A stretch of 64,000 nt of DNA from Nemertoderma westbladi (GCA_032718475.1 JAUCBJ010004319.1:1-64000), one strand, 5' to 3'. Positions 36,394-51,039 are shown, numbered from the stretch's first letter. Notes: generated by a model not told the origin, from the sequence alone. Numbers and translations are program-made.

Positions 36394-39300
36394 GTGAGTC
36401 GGAATCACGGGGGACAGACTCGGATACTTCAAGCAGGTGAGTCGGAATCACGGGGGACAGACTCGGATACTTCTATAAGGTGAGTCGAAATCACGGGGGG
36501 ACAGACTCAGATACTTCAAGCAGGTGAGTCGGAATCACGGGGGGACAGACTCGGATACTTTCAGCAGGTGAGTCGGAATCACGGGGGGACAGACTCGGAT
36601 ACTTTCAGCAGGTGAGTCGGAATCACGGGGGGACAGACTCGGATACTTCTATTAGGTGAGTCGGAATCACGGGGGGACAGACTCGGATACTTCTATTAGG
36701 TGAGTCGGAATCACGGGGGGACAGACTCGGATACTTCTATTAGGTGAGTCGGAATCACGGGGGGACAGACTCGGATACTTTAAGCAGGTGAGTCGGAATC
36801 ACGGGGGAAAGACTCGGATACTTATATTAGGTGAGTCGGAATCACGGGGGGACAGACTCGGATACTTTAAGCAGGTGAGTCGGAATCACGGGGGAAAGAC
36901 TCGGATACTTATATTAGGTGAGTCGGAATCACGGGGGGAAAGACTCGGATACTTATATTAGGTGAGTCGGAATCACGGGGGGACAGACTCGGATACTTTA
37001 AGCAGGTGAGTCGGAATCACGGGGGAAAGACTCGGATACTTATATTAGGTGAGTCGGAATCACGGGGGGACAGACTCGGATACTTCTATTAGGTGAGTCG
37101 GAATCACGGGGGGAAAGACTCGGATACTTATATTAGGTGAGTCGGAATCACGGGGGGACAGACTCGGATACTTCTATTAGGTGAGTCGGAATCACGGGGG
37201 GAAAGACTCGGATACTTCTATTAGGTGAGTCGGAATCACGGGGGGAAAGACTCGGATACTTATATTAGGTGAGTCGGAATCACGGGGGGACAGACTCGGA
37301 TACCTCAAGCAGGTGAGTCGGAATCACGGGGGACAGACTCGGATACTTCAAGCAGGTGAGTCGGAATCACGGGGGACAGACTCGGATACTTCTATAAGGT
37401 GAGTCGAAATCACGGGGGGACAGACTCAGATACTTCAAGCAGGTGAGTCGGAATCACGGGGGGACAGACTCGGATACTTTCAGCAGGTGAGTCGGAATCA
37501 CGGGGGGACAGACTCGGATACTTTCAGCAGGTGAGTCGGAATCACGGGGGGACAGACTCGGATACTTCTATTAGGTGAGTCGGAATCACGGGGGGACAGA
37601 CTCGGATACTTCTATTAGGTGAGTCGGAATCACGGGGGGACAGACTCGGATACTTCTATTAGGTGAGTCGGAATCACGGGGGGACAGACTCGGATACTTT
37701 AAGCAGGTGAGTCGGAATCACGGGGGAAAGACTCGGATACTTATATTAGGTGAGTCGGAATCACGGGGGGACAGACTCGGATACTTTAAGCAGGTGAGTC
37801 GGAATCACGGGGGAAAGACTCGGATACTTATATTAGGTGAGTCGGAATCACGGGGGGAAAGACTCGGATACTTATATTAGGTGAGTCGGAATCACGGGGG
37901 GACAGACTCGGATACTTTAAGCAGGTGAGTCGGAATCACGGGGGAAAGACTCGGATACTTATATTAGGTGAGTCGGAATCACGGGGGGACAGACTCGGAT
38001 ACTTCTATTAGGTGAGTCGGAATCACGGGGGGAAAGACTCGGATACTTATATTAGGTGAGTCGGAATCACGGGGGGACAGACTCGGATACTTCTATTAGG
38101 TGAGTCGGAATCACGGGGGGAAAGACTCGGATACTTCTATTAGGTGAGTCGGAATCACGGGGGGAAAGACTCGGATACTTCTATTAGGTGAGTCGGAATC
38201 ACGGGGGGAAAGACTCGGATACTTATATTAGGTGAGTCGGAATCACGGGGGGACAGACTCGGATACTTCTATTAGGTGAGTCGGAATCACGGGGGGAAAG
38301 ACTCGGATACTTCTATTAGGTGAGTCGGAATCACGGGGGGAAAGACTCGGATACTTATATTAGGTGAGTCGGAATCACGGGGGGACAGACTCGGATACTT
38401 TAAGCAGGTGAGTCGGAATCACGGGGGAAAGACTCGGATACTTCTATTAGGTGAGTCGGAATCACGGGGGGAAAGACTCGGATACTTATATTAGGTGAGT
38501 CGGAATCACGGGGGGACAGACTCGGATACTTTAAGCAGGTGAGTCGGAATCACGGGGGGACAGACTCGGATACTTCGAGCAGGTGAGTCGGAATCACGGG
38601 GGGACAGACTCGGATACTTTAAGCAGGTGAGTCGGAATCACGGGGGGAAAGACTCGGATACTTATATTAGGTGAGTCGGAATCACGGGGGGACAGACTCG
38701 GATACTTTAAGCAGGTGAGTCGGAATCACGGGGGAAAGACTCGGATACTTATATTAGGTGAGTCGGAATCACGGGGGGACAGACTCGGATACTTCTATTA
38801 GGTGAGTCGGAATCACGGGGGGAAAGACTCGGATACTTATATTAGGTGAGTCGGAATCACGGGGGGACAGACTCGGATACTTCTATTAGGTGAGTCGGAA
38901 TCACGGGGGGAAAGACTCGGATACTTCTATTAGGTGAGTCGGAATCACGGGGGGAAAGACTCGGATACTTATATTAGGTGAGTCGGAATCACGGGGGGAC
39001 AGACTCGGATACTTTAAGCAGGTGAGTCGGAATCACGGGGGGACAGACTCGGATACTTCGAGCAGGTGAGTCGGAATCACGGGGGGACAGACTCGGATAC
39101 TTCGAGCAGGTGAGTCGGAATCACGGGGGGACAGACTCGGATACTTATATTAGGTGAGTCGGAATCACGGGGGGACAGACTCGGATACTTTAAGCAGGTG
39201 AGTCGGAATCACGGGGGGACAGACTCGGATACTTCTATTAGGTGAGTCGGAATCACGGGGGGACAGACTCGGATACTTTAAGCAGGTGAGTCGGAATCAC

Positions 39301-42300
39301 GGGGGGACAGACTCGGATACTTCTATTAGGTGAGTCGGAATCACGGGGGGACAGACTCGGATACTTCTAAGCAGGTGAGTCGGAATCACGGGGGGACAGA
39401 CTCGGATACTTCTATTAGGTGAGTCGGAATCACGGGGGGACAGACTCGGATACTTTAAGCAGGTGAGTCGGAATCACGGGGGGACAGACTCGGATACTTC
39501 TATTAGGTGAGTCGGAATCACGGGGGGACAGACTCGGATACTTCTATTAGGTGAGTCGGAATCACGGGGGGACAGACTCGGATACTTTAAGCAGGTGAGT
39601 CGGAATCACGGGGGGACAGACTCGGATACTTCTATTAGGTGAGTCGGAATCACGGGGGGACAGACTCGGATACTTCTATTAGGTGAGTCGGAATCACGGG
39701 GGGACAGACTCGGATACTTCTATTAGGTGAGTCGGAATCACGGGGGGACAGACTCGGATACTTCTATTAGGTGAGTCGGAATCACGGGGGGACAGACTCG
39801 GATACTTCTATTAGGTGAGTCGGAATCACGGGGGGACAGACTCGGATACTTCTATTAGGTGAGTCGGAATCACGGGGGGACAGACTCGGATACTTTAAGC
39901 AGGTGAGTCGGAATCACGGGGGGACAGACTCGGATACTTCTATTAGGTGAGTCGGAATTACGGGGGGACAGACTCGGATACTTCTATTAGGTGAGTCGGA
40001 ATCACGGGGGACAGACTCGGATACTTATATTAGGTGAGTCGGAATCACGGGGGGACAGACTCGGATACTTCTATTAGGTGAGTCGGAATCACGGGGGACA
40101 GACTCGGATACTTCTATTAGGTGAGTCGGAATCACGGGGGGACAGACTCGGATACTTATATTAGGTGAGTCGGAATCACGGGGGGACAGACTCGGATACT
40201 TATATTAGGTGAGTCGGAATCACGGGGGACAGACTCGGATACTTCTATTAGGTGAGTCGGAATCACGGGGGGACAGACTCGGATACTTTAAGCAGGTGAG
40301 TCGGAATCACGGGGGGACAGACTCGGATACTTCTATTAGGTGAGTCGGAATCACGGGGGGACAGACTCGGATACTTCTATTAGGTGAGTCGGAATCACGG
40401 GGGACAGACTCGGATACTTCTATTAGGTGAGTCGGAATCACGGGGGGACAGACTCGGATACTTTAAGCAGGTGAGTCGGAATCACGGGGGGACAGACTCG
40501 GATACTTATATTAGGTGAGTCGGAATCACGGGGGGACAGACTCGGATACTTCTATTAGGTGAGTCGGAATCACGGGGGGACAGACTCGGATACTTATATT
40601 AGGTGAGTCGGAATCACGGGGGGACAGACTCGGATACTTCTATTAGGTGAGTCGGAATCACGGGGGGACAGACTCGGATACTTCTATTAGGTGAGTCGGA
40701 ATCACGGGGGGACAGACTCGGATACTTATATTAGGTGAGTCGGAATCACGGGGGGACAGACTCGGATACTTATATTAGGTGAGTCGGAATCACGGGGGGA
40801 CAGACTCGGATACTTTAAGCAGGTGAGTCGGAATCACGGGGGGACAGACTCGGATACTTTAAGCAGGTGAGTCGGAATCACGGGGGGACAGACTCGGATA
40901 CTTCTATTAGGTGAGTCGGAATCACGGGGGGACAGACTCGGATACTTCTATTAGGTGAGTCGGAATCACGGGGGGACAGACTCGGATACTTCTATTAGGT
41001 GAGTCGGAATCACGGGGGGACAGACTCGGATACTTATATTAGGTGAGTCGGAATCACGGGGGGACAGACTCGGATACTTCTATTAGGTGAGTCGGAATCA
41101 CGGGGGGACAGACTCGGATACTTATATTAGGTGAGTCGGAATCACGGGGGGACAGACTCGGATACTTATATTAGGTGAGTCGGAATCACGGGGGGACAGA
41201 CTCGGATACTTCTAAGCAGGTGAGTCGGAATCACGGGGGGACAGACTCGGATACTTATATTAGGTGAGTCGGAATCACGGGGGGACAGACTCGGATACTT
41301 ATATTAGGTGAGTCGGAATCACGGGGGGACAGACTCGGATACTTTAAGCAGGTGAGTCGGAATCACGGGGGGACAGACTCGGATACTTATATTAGGTGAG
41401 TCGGAATCACGGGGGGACAGACTCGGATACTTTAAGCAGGTGAGTCGGAATCACGGGGGGACAGACTCGGATACTTATATTAGGTGAGTCGGAATTACGG
41501 GGGGACAGACTCGGATACTTCTATTAGGTGAGTCGGAATCACGGGGGGACAGACTCGGATACTTATATTAGGTGAGTCGGAATCACGGGGGGACAGACTC
41601 GGATACTTCTATTAGGTGAGTCGGAATCACGGGGGGACAGACTCGGATACTTATATTAGGTGAGTCGGAATCACGGGGGGACAGACTCGGATACTTCTAT
41701 TAGGTGAGTCGGAATCACGGGGACAGACTCGGATACTTCTATTAGGTGAGTCGGAATCACGGGGGGACAGACTCGGATACTTATATTAGGTGAGTCGGAA
41801 TCACGGGGGGACAGACTCGGATACTTATATTAGGTGAGTCGGAATCACGGGGGGACAGACTCGGATACTTTAAGCAGGTGAGTCGGAATCACGGGGGGAC
41901 AGACTCGGATACTTCTATTAGGTGAGTCGGAATCACGGGGGGACAGACTCGGATACTTATATTAGGTGAGTCGGAATCACGGGGGGACAGACTCGGATAC
42001 TTATATTAGGTGAGTCGGAATCACGGGGGGACAGACTCGGATACTTTAAGCAGGTGAGTCGGAATCACGGGGGGACAGACTCGGATACTTATATTAGGTG
42101 AGTCGGAATCACGGGGGGACAGACTCGGATACTTTAAGCAGGTGAGTCGGAATCACGGGGGGACAGACTCGGATACTTATATTAGGTGAGTCGGAATTAC
42201 GGGGGGACAGACTCGGATACTTCTATTAGGTGAGTCGGAATCACGGGGGGACAGACTCGGATACTTATATTAGGTGAGTCGGAATCACGGGGGGACAGAC

Positions 42301-45300
42301 TCGGATACTTCTATTAGGTGAGTCGGAATCACGGGGACAGACTCGGATACTTCTATTAGGTGAGTCGGAATCACGGGGGGACAGACTCGGATACTTATAT
42401 TAGGTGAGTCGGAATCACGGGGGGACAGACTCGGATACTTATATTAGGTGAGTCGGAATCACGGGGGGACAGACTCGGATACTTTAAGCAGGTGAGTCGG
42501 AATCACGGGGGGACAGACTCGGATACTTATATTAGGTGAGTCGGAATCACGGGGGGACAGACTCGGATACTTTAAGCAGGTGAGTCGGAATCACGGGGGG
42601 ACAGACTCGGATACTTATATTAGGTGAGTCGGAATCACGGGGGACAGACTCGGATACTTCTATTAGGTGAGTCGGAATCACGGGGGGACAGACTCGGATA
42701 CTTTAAGCAGGTGAGTCGGAATCACGGGGGGACAGACTCGGATACTTCTATTAGGTGAGTCGGAATCACGGGGGGACAGACTCGGATACTTCTATTAGGT
42801 GAGTCGGAATCACGGGGGACAGACTCGGATACTTCTATTAGGTGAGTCGGAATCACGGGGGGACAGACTCGGATACTTCTAAGCAGGTGAGTCGGAATCA
42901 CGGGGGGACAGACTCGGATACTTATATTAGGTGAGTCGGAATCACGGGGGGACAGACTCGGATACTTCTATTAGGTGAGTCGGAATCACGGGGGGACAGA
43001 CTCGGATACTTATATTAGGTGAGTCGGAATCACGGGGGGACAGACTCGGATACTTCTATTAGGTGAGTCGGAATCACGGGGGGACAGACTCGGATACTTC
43101 TATTAGGTGAGTCGGAATCACGGGGGGACAGACTCGGATACTTATATTAGGTGAGTCGGAATCACGGGGGGACAGACTCGGATACTTATATTAGGTGAGT
43201 CGGAATCACGGGGGGACAGACTCGGATACTTTAAGCAGGTGAGTCGGAATCACGGGGGGACAGACTCGGATACTTATATTAGGTGAGTCGGAATCACGGG
43301 GGGACAGACTCGGATACTTCTATTAGGTGAGTCGGAATCACGGGGGACAGACTCGGATACTTCTATTAGGTGAGTCGGAATCACGGGGGGACAGACTCGG
43401 ATACTTATATTAGGTGAGTCGGAATCACGGGGGGACAGACTCGGATACTTCTATTAGGTGAGTCGGAATCACGGGGGGACAGACTCGGATACTTATATTA
43501 GGTGAGTCGGAATCACGGGGGGACAGACTCGGATACTTATATTAGGTGAGTCGGAATCACGGGGGGACAGACTCGGATACTTATATTAGGTGAGTCGGAA
43601 TCACGGGGGGACAGACTCGGATACTTATATTAGGTGAGTCGGAATCACGGGGGGACAGACTCGGATACTTCTATTAGGTGAGTCGGAATCACGGGGGGAC
43701 AGACTCGGATACTTCTATTAGGTGAGTCGGAATCACGGGGGGACAGACTCGGATACTTATATTAGGTGAGTCGGAATCACGGGGGGACAGACTCGGATAC
43801 TTTAAGCAGGTGAGTCGGAATCACGGGGGGACAGACTCGGATACTTATATTAGGTGAGTCGGAATTACGGGGGGACAGACTCGGATACTTCTATTAGGTG
43901 AGTCGGAATCACGGGGGGACAGACTCGGATACTTATATTAGGTGAGTCGGAATCACGGGGGGACAGACTCGGATACTTCTATTAGGTGAGTCGGAATCAC
44001 GGGGGACAGACTCGGATACTTCTATTAGGTGAGTCGGAATCACGGGGGGACAGACTCGGATACTTCTATTAGGTGAGTCGGAATCACGGGGGGACAGACT
44101 CGGATACTTATATTAGGTGAGTCGGAATCACGGGGGGACAGACTCGGATACTTATATTAGGTGAGTCGGAATTACGGGGGGACAGACTCGGATACTTTAA
44201 GCAGGTGAGTCGGAATCACGGGGGGACAGACTCGGATACTTCTATTAGGTGAGTCGGAATCACGGGGGGACAGACTCGGATACTTATATTAGGTGAGTCG
44301 GAATCACGGGGGGACAGACTCGGATACTTATATTAGGTGAGTCGGAATTACGGGGGGACAGACTCGGATACTTATATTAGGTGAGTCGGAATCACGGGGG
44401 GACAGACTCGGATACTTCTATTAGGTGAGTCGGAATCACGGGGGGACAGACTCGGATACTTCTATTAGGTGAGTCGGAATTACGGGGGGACAGACTCGGA
44501 TACTTCTATTAGGTGAGTCGGAATCACGGGGGGACAGACTCGGATACTTCTATTAGGTGAGTCGGAATTACGGGGGGACAGACTCGGATACTTCTATTAG
44601 GTGAGTCGGAATCACGGGGGGACAGATTCGGATACTTATATTAGGTGAGTCGGAATTACGGGGGGACAGACTCGGATACTTATATTAGGTGAGTCGGAAT
44701 CACGGGGGGACAGACTCGGATACTTCTATTAGGTGAGTCGGAATCACGGGGGGACAGACTCGGATACTTCTATTAGGTGAGTCGGAATTACGGGGGGACA
44801 GACTCGGATACTTCTATTAGGTGAGTCGGAATCACGGGGGGACAGACTCGGATACTTCTATTAGGTGAGTCGGAATTACGGGGGGACAGACTCGGATACT
44901 TCTATTAGGTGAGTCGGAATCACGGGGGGGCAGACTCGGATACTTCTATTAGGTGAGTCGGAATTACGGGGGGACAGACTCGGATACTTCTATTAGGTGA
45001 GTCGGAATCACGGGGGGGCAGACTCGGATACTTCTATTAGGTGAGTCGGAATTACGGGGGGACAGACTCGGATACTTCTATTAGGTGAGTCGGAATCACG
45101 GGGGGGCAGACTCGGATACTTCTATTAGGTGAGTCGGAATTACGGGGGGACAGACTCGGATACTTCTATTAGGTGAGTCGGAATTACGGGGGGACAGACT
45201 CGGATACTTCTATTAGGTGAGTCGGAATTACGGGGGGACAGACTCGGATACTTCTATTAGGTGAGTCGGAATTACGGGGGGACAGACTCGGATACTTCTA

Positions 45301-45441
45301 TTAGGTGAGTCGGAATTACGGGGGGACAGACTCGGATACTTCTATTAGGTGAGTCGGAATTACGGGGGGACAGACTCGGATACTTCTATTAGGTGAGTCG
45401 GAATCACGGGGTGACAGACTCGGATACTTTAGGCAGGTGAG
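36353..45441 (+). repeat. ~9-kb tandem array of a 43-44-bp unit derived from the exon 6/intron junction (~205 copies)
   Basis: Unit GAGTCGGAATCACGGGGGGACAGACTCGGATACTT(CTATT/ATATT/TAAGC)AGGT. The first unit is the coding end of exon 6. Copy number is span divided by 44. Confidence 0.97.
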
Positions 45442-45853
45442 GAGGAGATACACACTCGTACATCCCACCGGCCGCTATAATATCGGCCGCTATATTTATT
45501 AGCCGCTATTTCGTTGGTACAATGTCAACAAACCCTGGAAGAAAGCCGCCCCAATCATTCGGTCAGCCGCACATCATTTTCTAAGTCGACGATCACTATG
45601 GAGAATCCTCCCAGAATTACAACTTGTCATCGGGAAAGTACCGCAACAAAAAAAATCAGGGTTTTTTTTTCAAAATGACCGCTGTGAAAAGTTTCTAAAC
45701 GGCGAGGAAAAATTAAGAAAATCTCTAATTTGTTTAGAACACCAAAATAATTTGCCCAATGACGAATATGAAAGATTAATTTTGAAAAGTAGACCATGCA
45801 TTACTTCCTGTACTGCTTTGTTTTCTACTTTATTCAACCATACGGTATTGTAC

Positions 45854-46261
45854 GGCCCGTGTTCCACTGGTAAGTCGTATGTCGTATATGTTATAAGTCA
45901 AAATAAATTATGGAGCACATTGGTTTCAATTCAATGGGAGCGCTTCCGCACTGGTATGTCATAAGTCGTTTGTTACGACTCATGCGTCGAAAGTGATTAT
46001 GTCCCATGTTCCATCTTTTGACATACGATTCATGAGTTATATCCGACAAGAAGCCTGTGATTAGTTCTTTGGGTACCAGCAAGTCAGAAAATATTGTACA
46101 GCAATTTATGGTGTTCCATTAAATGTTAGGCGCATCTTATATTTTTTAAGAAAAGACTTTTGACTTACTTATTCGACCTACTTTTGACATCGACGGACTC
46201 TGACAAATCTGAAAGCGACTTATGACATACGACTCATGAGTTACCAGTGGCGCTCGCGGCC
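45854..46261. mobile_element. Possible PIF/Harbinger-like MITE
   Basis: Imperfect TIR GGCC.G.G..CCACTGGTAA / TTACCAGTGG...CGGCC flanked by TAC. Internal GTCGTATGTC motifs in both orientations. Confidence 0.4.
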
Positions 46262-49200
46262 TACGTAATCTTAAATATCATCGAAATATCAAACTAATAA
46301 AGACCTACTACCCTATGTAATGCAGCTTTGGTAAATTAATGCCATTTTTATTGGGAAGGAATATTCCACATGATTGGGGTGTTGGGACAGTAAAATAAGT
46401 ATCATATTTATAAGACTGTAAATTATGGGAATGTCAGTGAAACACTCTTAGACTGTAACACAGTCGATGTCGATCTACTTAGAAATAAACAATAACCATA
46501 ATAAACAATAAACAAGAGAAATTAGTGAGTTTATTCGATATTATAGAAGTTGGTACAAATAAATGAAGCTGATGGAGATGAATCAGATTTAGAGGATCAA
46601 GTATTCGATTCTGGTGAACGAACAAGGAACGAACAACATTAATAATAAATTAAAATGGTTAATCTTAAATTTTGATTTACAGGTGTTTTTATTTCAAACG
46701 CTGTAGTAAAGTTTATATTTTTCAATTCGTTGTTTGCAATATTTAATTTTAGAAATATTTCTAAACAAGTTTAAAAAATTTAGAAATCACTATTTTAATT
46801 TATAAATTTCACTAACATATTTAGAAAAAAAACCCTGCCGCAACTAGAGCTGGTTCTTGCATACCTTTTATGTTTTACATGTGACGTGTACCATGTGATA
46901 CTGCATTGCATACCAAATGTATCACAAGCTGATAACATTCAACCCACTACATAGTCACTTTCATATGTCATGTTATCAAGTGGCAAATAACTTTACAAGT
47001 AAAGCAAATAAATATAACTCAACTAAAAGCATCTGGTTGTATTATTTAACTGATTGGTTTTGCTGTCAATCTTACCCATTCTGTATTTATCCCTTCCTGC
47101 CCATTGTATTCGGTAGAACATGTCCCAGTTCATCTATATAGATATATTTAATCAACCCACGTACGTTTTTTAGCATGTGATTGTTAATCCAAGCCTGTAC
47201 GTTTCTACTTTCTAATATGCCAATAATAACTTGAGTTATGCGTTTGGACGGAGTATTAACTATTGACTGCCTAAGATAATTGGTATTCTCAACACTCTCC
47301 AACATGTGCGTAGATTTATCCAAACCAAAATCGGTGCAACATGTGTGTTTATTTATTGTGCGGTGTACCCCCCCCCCCCCCCCCCCCCCCCCCAACCTCA
47401 ATCTCCACGTTACAGTAACCATAATCTGCATTTGTGTTGCAGTTTCACTCCTGCTAAAGTTATAATTTAGTCAGCAGCACACCATTTCGTATATTGTATC
47501 TTTAATAGTTTTGCGTGTATGGTTTTACCTAGTTTCCTGGTTGCATTTATTTCATTTTAAAACAAATTAAATTCAAATCGACTATTTAGCATGTGGAGTG
47601 AGCAACGAAGTTGGCTGAAGAAATTCAAGGAACTAACACTGTTAAGGGGGTGGTGGGTCAATTTTTGCAAAATTAGTCGTCGTTGCTATTTTCACATGCT
47701 AAATCATTTTGTCGGATTTAGAGCTGTCGAGTTGAACATTTGTAGGAATCCATAAGTAAGACAATAAGTCGATATTTTTTTTTCATTTTGAAATACTTTC
47801 GAACCCCATTAGTTCAAGCCTCTCCCGCTAGAGGGCTACATGTCTAATCATGTAGACTACCATTTCTTTACTTTTAATCCGTTGAAACTGAATCTTTTCA
47901 GATAGGTACTAGACTATTAGCGGTGTATTTCGAAGGGCGGCTAATCCGTATGCAGTTTTACAGCCTTCAACTGAAAAGTTCAAAAGTGATATCCTTTCCA
48001 AATCCTTGATTTTGTTCTGTTTAAGTACTTGATCACCTGCTGCGTTTTGGTGAGGAAAGTGATCTGTCTGCAGTTCTGCAGTCTACCGCTAGTGGGCTGA
48101 AATGTTAACATTACAGAAATGTCTGGAATGAAAATCTTAAGCGGTTTCGTTGACACACGACATGCAGAAAAACAGACAAGGATTCAGACAAACAAGGACA
48201 TTGTTGATTGACAGAGAGACAGACATACAGAAGATGAGATACAGACAGACAGACAGGTAACACGGTAGACAAGGCTAAACAGACATGCGAGGCCTCCCTA
48301 ACGAATTTGGCTCACCCCTCATCTCCCATTACAAACAATTGTTTCCTGTTGAATAAATTTTTATTGGACTTCATCAAATATATATCTAATTAAGACTAAC
48401 CAATCCCAATATACATTACAATAAGATACTAACAATCATTGGATGTATTTCGCCTCAGGGATGCACTCCTGGCGTAAATTCCTCTTTAGCCTTTATTGTA
48501 GCAGTATAATTAAGGAGTCAGATTATACACGGTTTACGATTTATATAGGAATTTTATCTACATTTGGAGATAAATACGAACAACGTCGTTATTTTGTATA
48601 AATATTTCAGGTTTTCATTTTTGATGAAAACAAAAATGTTTTTATTTTAATACGAATTACTTTAAATTCTATCTTATGTACATCTTCACTATCTAGACCT
48701 CCACTATCTTCTACACTGTTTAAGTGAGCAGTTAGCGTATAAGGGGCCGGGCCATGCATAATAATGATTGCACAAAAATAATGTTCCTTGATAAGCAAAA
48801 AGTATCGGTAAGAAACACCTATTAATTGTCACTAATTTTTATTGACCAAAATTATTATTTTATTATTATTATTAAATATTTAAATATTATATTATTAAAT
48901 ATTATTTAATTATTATTTTTTTTTAATTATTATAATTATTCCGTCAGTCTGGAGTGTTTTGAATTTTTGTGAAAAGGAGTTATTTTTTTCTTGGAGTTCT
49001 ACTTTTTTGAATACAGTAATGAATTATCTGAAATATTAAACGAGTCACCTGTACTAATTGTTCATTTCATTTACATTATAGGTATGACAGTATCTGCTGC
49101 GTACCAAAATTTAAATTTTTTAAAAAAATTTCAAAAATGATATTCTTTTGCGGTTTTGATACAGAGGCTAATTTTCGGCGCTGATTCCGAAAATTCGAAA

Positions 49201-51039
49201 TTTTTGGGTGTTTGATGGTCTTTTTTGGTGTCAAATGTGTGCTGCATCAAAATTAAAATTTTTCAAATTTTGGGTGAAAATTACAAAAGTTGCCATAACT
49301 CGAGAACGAGACAACTTTTCGAAAACTGATTTCAGATTCGGAATCACCATAAAATTTTACATCGGAAAACACATTAAAAAAATCTGATGAAAAAAAGACT
49401 GGGGGTGAACTAGTTTAAACGGGATCAGACTTTTCGGGATTTCCGGGATCGGGACCGGGATTATCATTCTCGGGATCCCGATGTCCGGGATCGTGATTGC
49501 AATTTTGGATTAAATTCCTTAACGTTAATAGTATATGTGGCGGGTTTTGGGTAACTCTCACTTTATCTTACACTTCTGAAATATTAGTAAGATAAAGTTA
49601 TACAGTACAGTAGTAAAATATTTAACGATTTACAGAAAAGAAGTTTAATGACATAAATAGTCGATATAATCAAAACATTTCCGTTCTGCTGGAAATATTT
49701 ATCAGCTATTCACATAATTTACTTCACTATTTTTTATACTTCGGGATCCCGGTACAAAAAAATCAGGATCGGGACCGGGATTGTATTCCTCCCCCCCCCC
49801 CCCCCCCCCCCCCCCTTCAGTGACTTTATTCTTTAATAAAACATGTTGCGATGTATTGTTACTGTAGTGTTACAAAATAAACTGAACTGTAGTATTTTGC
49901 TATATTGCTTTCGATCCTGCGATTCAAATTATTGTACTTTTCAACTCCTGATGCTACCTTACTCGATGTTAAATAATTTAATAATGAAACTGCCTATTAA
50001 TAGGCCAGGGTAGTTCTCGTCAAGAGTTGAGCCGTTCAAAAACACGATGTGGTTGTGTGTGTGTGTGTGTGTATAACCATCCAATATCTCAAAAACTCAA
50101 GCAGGTACGCAAAAATTTTAATAACAAACTCTCCATAAATTTTGGTTGCGCACAAGACTGGCGTTTCGATCACGGGGTCACTGAAAAATAGCAGTTTTGA
50201 AAGTTTTCGAATTTCACCGATTTTCTTTTCTTCGAGTATGCACCAACTTTTTTATTTGGGTTATTCAATTATTTGAGCAACATATTTGAGCCTCAGAATC
50301 TTCTCAAATATCGCCAATCTCGCACAGAACGTCGCCAAAATTTGTTAGTCCGGCAAAAAAACGCACAAATTCGTCTAATGGAGTAAATTATTGGTTGCAG
50401 AATAATATGATTCAACTAGAAAAGCCAGCAAGCTGGCTATATAAGGAGACCGTCCATAGACAAACGTAGTGTTAGTTGGGTCCCTCCTCATTCATTATTA
50501 TCAACCTACAGTATAAAACATTTGAACGGCCCAGTGCTTACAATTCAATCAGCTGGCCTCCAACCGAACATAGCATTGAGTAACCTTATAGATATTCCCA
50601 TAGGATTCACTGGGAAGAGCTATTCAGCTGTCGGAGTAATACATTATACAAACTAACAGTTGATGTTTGATTACTGTCTGGGATAGAGTGAGAGAGTAAT
50701 AAATTTAGCAAGTACTCTGATATAAGCCTATTTCTGTGCTGTTTGGGCCTATCCATTCAATCAATAGTACAGTAGTTGCTTACTAGGCGGCCCTCATGAG
50801 TACCAGCAGCAGCTGGTGTTTCTATCGTTGAGTTGATGGTAATTTTCGTGTTTTCATTTTCACTCACTCAGGGTACTGATTTGAGGGGCAGGTTCGTTTA
50901 AAGCCAGTTTGCTGGCTTTCTAGTGTTATCGAATATTTATTACGAAACTAGAGAGCCGCTTTAACTACACAAACCAATATTGGATATTGAGTTCCGTTTT
51001 GGGTGGGCGCGTGTTAGAATTTTTTTTTCTTCATATTCA

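Noticed and set aside
36353-45441. CRISPR-like array
   Set aside because: No unique spacers; only a few recurring point variants of one unit. Eukaryotic intron context and no cas genes.
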